Shown here: piece after piece, positions 57,474 through 64,000 of the stretch | How positions within the stretch are numbered: position 1 is the first letter of the stretch | Layout: each line of letters opens with the position of its first letter | IMG/VR virus record: IMGVR_UViG_3300037467_002824 | Location: 1-64,000 of that record | Source: a virus | DNA length: 64,000 bases | Direction: 5' to 3' (one strand) | Notes under the pieces: model-generated | Told to the model about the DNA's origin: nothing | Database searches by the model: none | What the model saw: the letters and a program-made list of their open reading frames with translations, nothing else | Position numbers and translations under genes: made by a program

Positions 57474-57997
57474 CGGCGCACCACCTCTCGCCAGTCCTCC
57501 CAGCGGGTCAGGCGGCTTCGATCGGTGACGTGCTGGTTGTAGGGGCAGTCGAAGACGACGTGCCGCCAGTAGGGCTCCAGGACGCCCGTGATCTCGGGCT
57601 TGTCGTCGATGAGGATATCCCCCCGGACAACGGTCTTGTCGTGAGTGAAAATCGCCTTCCGCGCGATCTCCGGACCGAAGTGCCGGCGGAGCCAGGCCGT
57701 CTTCTCGGTCGTGCAGTGATCCGATGCCGCCGGCGTGGAGCAAACGAAGACCACATGGCCGTCCGCCACGATCTCCTGGATGGCCTGCTGTGCGCCCGGG
57801 ATCACGGGCAGATTCGCAAAGAGGCCCTCTTCGAACATCACCGGATCGATCAGGTGGTGATGCGATTCGGGGATGTGGTGGGACATGTTCCAGTTCTTCC
57901 ACTCGTCCAACCCCGGGAAGCCCTTGTTCTTCCAGGCCTGGCGGAAGCCTTCGACGAAGTTGGCGAGAACGCCGTCCATATCGACCAGTACGATCAT
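57470..57997 (-). CDS. 5'(3')-deoxyribonucleotidase (HAD superfamily, NT5C-like)
   Basis: 175 aa. HAD motif I VLVDMDGVLANF, motif II VFVCSTP, motif III/IV K..ILIDDKPE. Confidence 0.8.
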   Translation of the reverse strand: MIVLVDMDGVLANFVEGFRQAWKNKGFPGLDEWKNWNMSHHIPESHHHLIDPVMFEEGLFANLPVIPGAQQAIQEIVADGHVVFVCSTPAASDHCTTEKTAWLRRHFGPEIARKAIFTHDKTVVRGDILIDDKPEITGVLEPYWRHVVFDCPYNQHVTDRSRLTRWEDWREVVRR

Positions 57998-58230
57998 CGT
58001 TGACCTTTCACGATCTTCAGCGTCTCACGCGGCGCCACCACGGTGCACTTCGCCTGGATCTCCGCGATCCGGCGTTTCGGAATGTCGTAGTGCGGATAGC
58101 TGGCCCCGCTGTGAAACCAGCATCGCTTGATTCCCAAGTCATCTGCCATACGGTGGAGGTTCTCGACCGTATAGGGCACGCAGACCAGATGCCGCATGCT
58201 GTCGCAGTAGTACGTCAGGCCTTCGATCAC
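57994..58230 (-). CDS. DUF4031-like protein
   Basis: 78 aa from GTG 58230 (GTGA overlap; the track ATG 58281 would overlap the upstream gene by 55 nt). HLVCVPYTVENLHRMADDLGIKRCWFH..YPHYDIPKRR fits the DUF4031 pattern (..HL..D...ELH.FA..IG....W......HYDI). Confidence 0.5.
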   Translation of the reverse strand: MIEGLTYYCDSMRHLVCVPYTVENLHRMADDLGIKRCWFHSGASYPHYDIPKRRIAEIQAKCTVVAPRETLKIVKGQR

Positions 58231-58607
58231 AGGTAACCTCTCAGTTCGCCTGGATACTTGGCTCGGTCGAACTGTTCCCAAGCTTCTTCGACCGAGCCTC
58301 CATGCCCGTAGATGGTCAACGTGGCGGGAGAATCCTCACGAAGTGATACCGAGACTTCGACCCGGGCCCAGTAAGTCCAGCAGCCCGCAGGATCTTCAGG
58401 TGACGGGAAGATGTGAACTTTCGAAGTCACCCAGTAGTGCCACGCAGAGCACTTGATGTCCGCAATCTCCACCTTCTGAGATCGGAGGGCCCGATCCAGC
58501 TGTGCTTCGTGCAGCGCGGTCCAGAAGGGCGCCATGTCGAGGCCGGGCGAGCTGTGGATGAGCGCCGTCCAGCCCGGGACATCGATCTCTTCGTAAGAGA
58601 AGTTCAT
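58227..58607 (-). CDS. Hypothetical protein
   Basis: 126 aa from ATG 58607 (ATGA overlap). Trp-rich. No motif. Confidence 0.45.
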   Translation of the reverse strand: MNFSYEEIDVPGWTALIHSSPGLDMAPFWTALHEAQLDRALRSQKVEIADIKCSAWHYWVTSKVHIFPSPEDPAGCWTYWARVEVSVSLREDSPATLTIYGHGGSVEEAWEQFDRAKYPGELRGYL

Positions 58608-58840
58608 CCGCCACAGGCCTTGATGATCCCGAAGATCGCGGCGAGCCAAAAAACAGAGAGCGTGATGGCCATGAGCGCGTTGGCCGGACTCGACCAATGC
58701 TCTCCTTCACCGAGGTCTCTCGAAGTAAAGCTCTGGACGGGCTTCGGATGTGTCGGTTTGGGCGGAACGCTGCTGATGCGGTCGATTCGCCAATCCTGGC
58801 CGGAGCGGCGGAACTCCGCGCGACGGTGTGCTCGGTTCAT
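58604..58840 (-). CDS. Small tail-anchored membrane protein
   Basis: 78 aa. Basic N-half and C-terminal TM helix LMAITLSVFWLAAIFGIIKA. The palindrome TAACCGGGTTA lies immediately upstream. Confidence 0.45.
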   Translation of the reverse strand: MNRAHRRAEFRRSGQDWRIDRISSVPPKPTHPKPVQSFTSRDLGEGEHWSSPANALMAITLSVFWLAAIFGIIKACGG

Positions 58841-58843
58841 GGT

Positions 58844-58854
58844 TAACCCGGTTA
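58844..58854. repeat. Palindrome TAACCCGGTTA filling an intergenic spacer
   Basis: Occupies the 11-nt gap between the stop of 58852..59169 (its TAA is part of the motif) and ATG 58840. Confidence 0.8.
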
Positions 58855-59169
58855 GCGTGCCTTGCGAAAAACAGTGAGCAAGGGCGCTCCGGTATTATCG
58901 TCGAACTCCGACGTGATGGGAAGGAACGACAGGATATTCCTGTATTGCTCGGACCAGGCCACGACGCACCAGATGCCGTTCACCCGCAGGAGCCAGATCG
59001 AGCGCTCGAACGTCTGCCGCACCATGAACCGGGTGTTGGCAGAATCCGCGCGCTCGATCTGTCCGCAAAGCCAGCGGTAATCGAACAGGGTGAGGTCCAG
59101 TCCGTACCGCTCGCGGGCACGTTCACGGCAGTGGACGAAGTGGCGGTAGAACCGCTTGCCCACTCCCAT
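58852..59169 (-). CDS. Hypothetical protein
   Basis: 105 aa. Arg/Trp-rich. No motif. Confidence 0.45.
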   Translation of the reverse strand: MGVGKRFYRHFVHCRERARERYGLDLTLFDYRWLCGQIERADSANTRFMVRQTFERSIWLLRVNGIWCVVAWSEQYRNILSFLPITSEFDDNTGAPLLTVFRKAR

Positions 59170-59174
59170 GAAAA

Positions 59175-60020
59175 CTACTCGTCGGAACCGTGCGTGTCGT
59201 ACGCCGACCCCGAGTCGTCGTTGGCCTTTTTGGAGACCTTGTCCATGATGTCCTTGTCCACGATGGGCGTGTCCACCGCGTTGACGACCTGCGCTTGGGG
59301 ATCGCTGGTCGACATCGAGCTGGCCACCACGCTGCGGAGGGCTTCGTCACTCATGCCGACCGCTTGGCCCACATGACCCATGTTGCCGTAGATCCCGCGG
59401 ACGTTACGCCCGAGGTTCTTCTGCTCGCGATAGACCTGCGTTCCGACCGACGCCATGCGCACTGCGTCCATCATGCCGCCCGCGCCCTTGGTCGCGTTGT
59501 AGTTGATGGCGTTGTTCGCATCCATGCCCATCGCCTTCGCGGTGATCACGCTGTCGATGTTGGCACCGATCATCGTGAACTCGTACTGCCACTGTTCACG
59601 AGCCTTCTCGATGAGCGTACGGAGACGGTTGCCTACGTACTCCTTCGAGGCGTTCTCCTGGCCGTCAGTGATGACGGTGAAGAGCACCTTCCCGGGCTTC
59701 ATATCTTCGGGCATCGTCTTGATGCGATTGAAGACACGCAGCACGGTCATGCCGAGCGCGTCGTTGAGAGCGGTCCAGCCGCCACCGCCTTCGCGGTAGG
59801 CTTCTTCGGTGAGCGGCGGCACGTCCTTCAGGTCGACGGAGTCGTGAACGACCGCGACGCTGTTGTCGAAGAGCGTCAGCGAGAACATGCACTCGCCGTC
59901 GACCTTCTTTTGATCTTCGAGGAGCTTGTTGAATCCGCCGACGGTCTCGGCGACGAGACCCATCATCGAGCCCGAACGGTCGATGATCACATTGAACGAG
60001 GTGAGGTTGTTATTGGGCAT
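59175..60020 (-). CDS. von Willebrand factor A (vWA) domain protein
   Basis: 281 aa. MIDAS DRSGSM, WTALNDAL, VITDGQENAS. Confidence 0.8.
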   Translation of the reverse strand: MPNNNLTSFNVIIDRSGSMMGLVAETVGGFNKLLEDQKKVDGECMFSLTLFDNSVAVVHDSVDLKDVPPLTEEAYREGGGGWTALNDALGMTVLRVFNRIKTMPEDMKPGKVLFTVITDGQENASKEYVGNRLRTLIEKAREQWQYEFTMIGANIDSVITAKAMGMDANNAINYNATKGAGGMMDAVRMASVGTQVYREQKNLGRNVRGIYGNMGHVGQAVGMSDEALRSVVASSMSTSDPQAQVVNAVDTPIVDKDIMDKVSKKANDDSGSAYDTHGSDE

Positions 60021-60261
60021 CGGAAACTTCTTTCTTCTTGAGTTCGTCGAGCGGATGTTCGGTGCTCCACCAAACCATCACGCCCTCCGAGTTGGGGAAC
60101 TTCTGTTCGTGACACAGCACTGCATTCAACATGCAGCTCTCGTCCCAGCCGGGGGACGACTCCTTCGATGGTGCCTGTGTTTTCGAAGTTTTGCCACAGG
60201 CCGCACAGACCCAGATCGTACCAGGGGCACAAGGCTCACGTAGATTCGGCATGGTCCTCAC
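60010..60261 (-). CDS. Small Cys-rich protein
   Basis: 83 aa. CAPGTIWVCAACG...C..LCH. Overlaps the vWA start by 11 nt. Confidence 0.4.
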   Translation of the reverse strand: MRTMPNLREPCAPGTIWVCAACGKTSKTQAPSKESSPGWDESCMLNAVLCHEQKFPNSEGVMVWWSTEHPLDELKKKEVSDAQ

Positions 60262-60595
60262 TACGCGCAGCGAGAACAGCTTTCTGAACGGTCTCGAAGA
60301 CCATCTTGGTGAGATCCTTGCGAGAGCCGGCCGGTAGCCGCTCGCTCAGGTTCTTGGCCATGATCGTCCACTGCTTGAAGATCTCCTCGTCGGTCAGCAT
60401 GGGCGCGTCGGGCTTGGTGCCGTCCACGGCCACAGCCATCTGACTCGATCCGCCTTCCGGTGTGTCCATGATCGACCAGAGGAGGAACTTGTGGGTGCCG
60501 CCTACGTTCGGCCCCATCGCCATCACCTGCTGCTTGGTGAGACCTTCGGGATGATGATGAACTTCGTAGGTGATGTAGTAGCGAGTCTCGCTCAT
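60236..60595 (-). CDS. Hypothetical protein
   Basis: 119 aa from ATG 60595 (ATGA overlap). No motif. Confidence 0.45.
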   Translation of the reverse strand: MSETRYYITYEVHHHPEGLTKQQVMAMGPNVGGTHKFLLWSIMDTPEGGSSQMAVAVDGTKPDAPMLTDEEIFKQWTIMAKNLSERLPAGSRKDLTKMVFETVQKAVLAARSEDHAEST

Positions 60596-60828
60596 CGCTT
60601 GTCCTTCTCGGGCACATTGCCGTGCCAGCGGTTGATGGTTTCCAGCGGCCGGGCCTGCTCCGCCGGGCACTGCGACTTGTCGGGATCGTTGTGGCCCGTG
60701 AAGTTGATCTTCTTCGCGACCCGCTCTTCCTGCTTCTCCGGATAGTGGTCGCAGTATTCGCATTCACCCGGCGCGTGAAGAACCTTGCTGTCACAGTGGG
60801 GATAGGGTGCTTTGTACTTCTCGCTCAT
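60592..60828 (-). CDS. Small Cys/His-rich protein
   Basis: 78 aa. HCDSKVLHAPGECEYCDH. Confidence 0.45.
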   Translation of the reverse strand: MSEKYKAPYPHCDSKVLHAPGECEYCDHYPEKQEERVAKKINFTGHNDPDKSQCPAEQARPLETINRWHGNVPEKDKR

Positions 60829-60998
60829 GTCGAGGCTGGTGCTTTCTCCTCCGTAGGAGGCAGGGTGTCGCGTTCTTGGATTCGATTGCCGAGGCGATCG
60901 TATCGATCTCGTGAGTCGAACGGTTCGAGGATTACTCGGTACTGGGCGGTTTCAAGTCGCTTCTTCCAGACCTCGGCTTGTAAGAGTTCGGTGAACAT
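60825..60998 (-). CDS. Hypothetical small protein
   Basis: 57 aa. Strong AAGGAGGAG RBS just upstream of ATG 60998. ATGA-type overlap downstream. Confidence 0.45.
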   Translation of the reverse strand: MFTELLQAEVWKKRLETAQYRVILEPFDSRDRYDRLGNRIQERDTLPPTEEKAPAST

Positions 60999-61185
60999 GG
61001 CTCCTCCTTGAATGCTTGATCTTCGAAGTGCTGACTGTGGGCAAGCATCCGATCGCACATGTAGAGCAAGGGTTCGGCCAGTTGATTCAGAGCCCACCCG
61101 AGGATGCGTAGAACACCCCCGAGCAAGAGGATGGGCGTCGCCATGAACATCAGCGCGGACGAGGCGAGCGCGTACTTGAGTCGGT

Positions 61186-61695
61186 TCATTTCTTTTCGTC
61201 TCCAAAGAGACGGAGGTCCAGCTCTTCACCCGTGTCTACTTCGTCCGGACCAAAGTTCGGATCTTCGAGGGCGGCCCGCACGAGCGGGTCTTCGCCCCAG
61301 CAGATCTGGCAGCCATGACAGCCGGGGTGACCGAAGTGATCGCCGTAGGTACGATTCGGTTGAGGAATGGTCATCACCAGCGAGATGCGTTCGTGGCGGG
61401 TGCCGCTCGCTGGAATCAACACGTCAACTGCGATGCCCTCCTCGACGAGGTAGGGATCGCGCGTCAGCACCACCGGTTGCGGCACCGTACCGATTGCCGG
61501 ATCGAAGCAATCGGCGTAGGTGCCCTTACGCGTCATCGGATGACGTGTCTTTCCCTGCTTGGTGCAGCACGCTTTGAATTCGAGGATCTTCTCACCGAGG
61601 TGGCAACGGCAGGTGCACGTCCAGTAGAACGGTACCGTGCCTTCCGGCGGCGCGTTGGGATCACGATCCTTGTGACGAGGCTTTCCTTTGCCCAT
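61186..61695 (-). CDS. Cys/His-rich protein
   Basis: 169 aa from ATG 61695, 1 nt after the upstream stop. WTCTCRCH, KACC, HPGCHGCQIC. Confidence 0.5.
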   Translation of the reverse strand: MGKGKPRHKDRDPNAPPEGTVPFYWTCTCRCHLGEKILEFKACCTKQGKTRHPMTRKGTYADCFDPAIGTVPQPVVLTRDPYLVEEGIAVDVLIPASGTRHERISLVMTIPQPNRTYGDHFGHPGCHGCQICWGEDPLVRAALEDPNFGPDEVDTGEELDLRLFGDEKK

Positions 61696-61696
61696 G

Positions 61697-62125
61697 TCAC
61701 TTCTCCACTCGGATGAGTCGTCCATAGATCTGACGAGCGGTGACCCATCCGTTGATGTGGCCTTTGTTGTTGGAGATCTGGAACTGGTCGCCCTGCGTGG
61801 CCGAAACGAGATGGAGGAACTGCCTTCCGTGGACCGTGCAGAGCACGATGTCATCCACTTCCGGCAGCTCTCCCTCGCTGAATGGAGCCACTGTACAGAG
61901 CTGTCCAGACTTGATGCGCGGAACCATGGAGTTGCCGTGGGGACGGAACGACACGGGCCTTCCAGCGCGGAGTTCTTCGATGTATCGGGATGCCCAGCCC
62001 ATGTCTTCGTTCCTCGGTTCTTGGCCTTTCGACCCCTCAAAGAAACCGAGCCCGCCACATTCCGGGCAGGCCCAATCTCCTTGGTCGTCAGCTAGGCCCG
62101 ATCCGTTACAACATTCACAGATCAT
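61697..62125 (-). CDS. S24/S26 (LexA/signal-peptidase-like) domain protein with N-terminal zinc finger
   Basis: 142 aa. N-terminal CECCNGSG-x9-CPECGGLG. Peptidase-like core HGNSMVPRIKSGQL..VDDIVL..ISNNKGHINGWV..IYGRLIRV (Ser and Lys candidates). Confidence 0.6.
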   Translation of the reverse strand: MICECCNGSGLADDQGDWACPECGGLGFFEGSKGQEPRNEDMGWASRYIEELRAGRPVSFRPHGNSMVPRIKSGQLCTVAPFSEGELPEVDDIVLCTVHGRQFLHLVSATQGDQFQISNNKGHINGWVTARQIYGRLIRVEK

Positions 62126-62129
62126 GTCG

Positions 62130-62140
62130 TAACCGGGTTA
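62130..62140. repeat. Palindrome TAACCGGGTTA filling an intergenic spacer
   Basis: On the coding strand it reads TAACCCGGTTAcgacATG. The TAA is the stop of 62138..62767 and the ATG starts 61697..62125. Confidence 0.8.
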
Positions 62141-62767
62141 TTTCTTCTTGCGGGTCGACAACGCGCCCTTGGCGAGCGCCGGTTCCTTGGGCTTCTTCTC
62201 GACGATCAGATGAGGGGCCGCCTTCTTGAGCGCGAGGGCGATCTTGTCGCCGGTCTTCTCATTGATATCATCGAGATGAATCATCATGCTGATGCGTCCC
62301 TTCGTCTCCTGGTTCCAGGGCGTTGAGAACTTGATCGGCGTACGATCGGTGAGGCCGTGCTTGGCATTCAGTTTCCGCGCCAAGTCCTTGTTGAAGGCTT
62401 CGGTCTCCTTGCGCTCTTGGGACTTGAGCGCGAGTTCCTTTTCGTCGTTCACGTAGGCGCGAATGCGCTCGACCACCTTGGCGACGTCGAAGCCGTTCTT
62501 CTTCGATTCGCGAATGTAGAGGCGTTTGCGGTAGTGATCGGCCGGCCCGAAGACCAGCTTGAGGGGCGAGCCTTCGGCGGCGTAGAGGCCCTGACGTTCG
62601 AACTTGAACGACGTCTTGATCTTGTCGAACGCTACGTCATAGCCGTAGCGAACCTCCTTCGTATGATCCGGGAATTCGACGGTGATGCCGGCAGCCTTCA
62701 CGCCGTCGAAGATCTGCTTCTGCAGCTTTCGTGCTTTATCGAGATCACTCTGGAACATCAGCGACAC
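62138..62767 (-). CDS. Basic Lys-rich protein (possible nucleic-acid binding)
   Basis: 209 aa. Lys-rich throughout, with tail KKPKEPALAKGALSTRKKK. Confidence 0.5.
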   Translation of the reverse strand: MSLMFQSDLDKARKLQKQIFDGVKAAGITVEFPDHTKEVRYGYDVAFDKIKTSFKFERQGLYAAEGSPLKLVFGPADHYRKRLYIRESKKNGFDVAKVVERIRAYVNDEKELALKSQERKETEAFNKDLARKLNAKHGLTDRTPIKFSTPWNQETKGRISMMIHLDDINEKTGDKIALALKKAAPHLIVEKKPKEPALAKGALSTRKKK

Positions 62768-63195
62768 TCCGTGGGTTCGGGAAACGCCTTGTTGGTCAGT
62801 TTCGTCGCGGCGACCAAGGCCTGGTTCCGCGTGCGTCCACGGCCACGCTCGTAGGAGTAGCGGCGCATGAAGTAGAGGCGTGCGACGTGTTCGTCTTCCC
62901 TCTCGGAATAGAAGTCATCGTTGACTTGAGTGACTTCGTTGAGAACGGTGCTCGGCATGGCCAACACCTTGTAAAGGGCCGCGTCCGTGCCCCCGTCCTC
63001 TTCATCCAGAAGGATTTTCCTCTTGCCCCCCGCCGAGATGAACGCTGCGCCTACCGCGCAGTATTCGTACTTCGGGCGCTTCCCTTCGTGGTCACGATCG
63101 ATGTCGATGTAGAGACTGTCGATCAGCCCCTTGCCCTTGAAGGTGTCGAGGAGGAACGCCAGTTTCTTGAAGTGTGTCTTGATGGGCTTTGCCAT
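62758..63195 (-). CDS. Hypothetical protein
   Basis: 145 aa from ATG 63195 (AGGAGAG RBS). The track ORF extension to 63435 is Arg-rich junk. Confidence 0.5.
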   Translation of the reverse strand: MAKPIKTHFKKLAFLLDTFKGKGLIDSLYIDIDRDHEGKRPKYEYCAVGAAFISAGGKRKILLDEEDGGTDAALYKVLAMPSTVLNEVTQVNDDFYSEREDEHVARLYFMRRYSYERGRGRTRNQALVAATKLTNKAFPEPTECR

Positions 63196-63203
63196 GATCT
63201 CTC

Positions 63204-63446
63204 CTACCAGATCGAGGGATGTACGACTACGGTGAATTCGATGTCCGTCGCCATGGCGGCGTACACCTGTTCGGCGCGCTTCTTCGCACGCTCTTGGTCG
63301 GTTTCTTTGCCTGATGCCTGAGCGCCCTTGTAGGACAGCTCGATGTACCAACGCCCGTCGGCATAGGCGATGAGGTGTCCACGGCCCGGGAAGGCGCGCA
63401 GACGCGGCCCGGAGGCCGCTTGGTCGAACTCCCACTCGATGGGCAT
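63204..63446 (-). CDS. Hypothetical small protein
   Basis: 80 aa. No motif. Confidence 0.45.
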   Translation of the reverse strand: MPIEWEFDQAASGPRLRAFPGRGHLIAYADGRWYIELSYKGAQASGKETDQERAKKRAEQVYAAMATDIEFTVVVHPSIW

Positions 63447-63447
63447 G

Positions 63448-63648
63448 TCAGTACCTCAATTCCAGGCTGAGCTTCAGCATGATGAGCAGGTCGTCCACGT
63501 CGTAGTCCGAAGACGGGAGCATCCGCAGTTCTTCGAGGCGGTTGCGGAACGGCGAGGGGATGCGGAGCCGCATCATCACGTCGTCCAAGAGCGGCACGAA
63601 GACGTTCTCTTCGTACCAGGCATTACTGAGGGGTTCGAGCGGCATCAT
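63448..63648 (-). CDS. Hypothetical small protein
   Basis: 66 aa from ATG 63648, which overlaps the upstream stop. The track start 63807 lies inside the upstream gene. Confidence 0.4.
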   Translation of the reverse strand: MMPLEPLSNAWYEENVFVPLLDDVMMRLRIPSPFRNRLEELRMLPSSDYDVDDLLIMLKLSLELRY

Positions 63649-63863
63649 CGACCGAACCAGGCCGAGAGGATGGCGGTCTTGCCCGAGGCGATCATGACCT
63701 CGTACCAGTTGGTCGGATAGCCGTCGTGGTCCTTCTTCACCTTGTTGGTGAAGGCCTCGTATTCGGCGTACGTCGGCATACGGCCACCACCTTGGGTGTC
63801 GAACCAACTGTTGATGGTCTTCATCTCTTCATCCGTCAGCTTGTCCGCTTTGGTTTCGTCCAT
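63645..63863 (-). CDS. Hypothetical small protein
   Basis: 72 aa. Acidic N-terminus. No motif. Confidence 0.45.
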   Translation of the reverse strand: MDETKADKLTDEEMKTINSWFDTQGGGRMPTYAEYEAFTNKVKKDHDGYPTNWYEVMIASGKTAILSAWFGR

Positions 63864-64000
63864 CGCGTTTCTCCTTCTCGATGCGTTTCTTGAGTTCGCG
63901 TGCCTCCTTGAGAGGCAGCGGAGGATGTTGGGTGGAGCCGTCCACCACGACGTAGTAGCCAGGGCACCAGACGAGGCGCCTGCGACCGCTACCGTTCTTG
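63829..64000 (-). CDS. 3' end of a CDS cut by the window edge
   Basis: The minus frame is open from 64000 to TGA at 63829-63831 (..WCPGYYVVVDGSTQHPPLPLKEARELKKRIEKEKRDGRNQSGQADG). It overlaps the next gene by 35 nt. Confidence 0.3.
   Translation of the reverse strand, partial: KNGSGRRRLVWCPGYYVVVDGSTQHPPLPLKEARELKKRIEKEKRDGRNQSGQADG

Noticed and set aside
60261-60794. 177-aa minus-strand ORF in an alternative frame
   Set aside because: It is Arg/Ser/Gly-rich and overlaps two better-supported coupled ORFs (60236..60595 and 60592..60828).
60932-61189. 85-aa minus-strand ORF with an N-terminal TM helix (MNRLKYALASSALMFMATPILLLGGVLRILGW)
   Set aside because: It may be real, but it overlaps by 67 nt the ORF 60825..60998, which has a near-perfect RBS. 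I cannot decide from sequence alone, so I left it unannotated.

Overview
This GC-rich 64-kb segment (roughly 60-65% GC by eye) reads as part of a large tailed dsDNA phage or prophage genome. I saw no integrase, rRNA or host housekeeping genes. The layout has four parts. (1) 1-35.1 kb, mostly plus strand, carries virion and lysis genes: an S78-type prohead protease, scaffold-like, decoration-like and HK97-type capsid genes, a 940-aa sheath-like protein, a tube-like protein, a gpV/VgrG-like spike, a 1031-aa tail fibre, a LamG/SGNH tail enzyme, a holin-like protein, a DEDDh exonuclease and an endolysin with a PG-binding domain. This part is interrupted by an inverted seven-gene block (19.4-23.2 kb) and an inverted SNF2 helicase gene. 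(2) 35.6-39.4 kb is an island of 32 tRNA(-like) genes covering 19 amino acids (no Cys), with internal sigma70-like promoters and several structurally deviant members. (3) 39.6-42.5 kb encodes a lipoprotein HExxH protease, a metallophosphoesterase and an Ntn-hydrolase-like gene. (4) 42.5-64 kb, minus strand, holds about 45 tightly packed, translationally coupled early-type genes. These include a tandem-domain ThyX, an HD hydrolase, thymidine kinase, dNMP kinase, 5'(3')-deoxyribonucleotidase, DUF4031, vWA and S24-peptidase-like proteins, plus an 881-aa protein built from 31 x 20-aa repeats next to a YkgJ-type Cys-cluster protein. The most unusual signals are: a conserved N-terminal AY..G leader shared by six otherwise unrelated ORFs; the repeat-protein triad; an over-represented palindrome GTAACCNGGTTAC sitting on stop/start junctions; -10 boxes 5-7 nt from ATGs (leaderless-type starts); and paralogous structural modules on opposite strands. 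All calls come from hand inspection of the sequence and ORF track. No database search or folding program was available.
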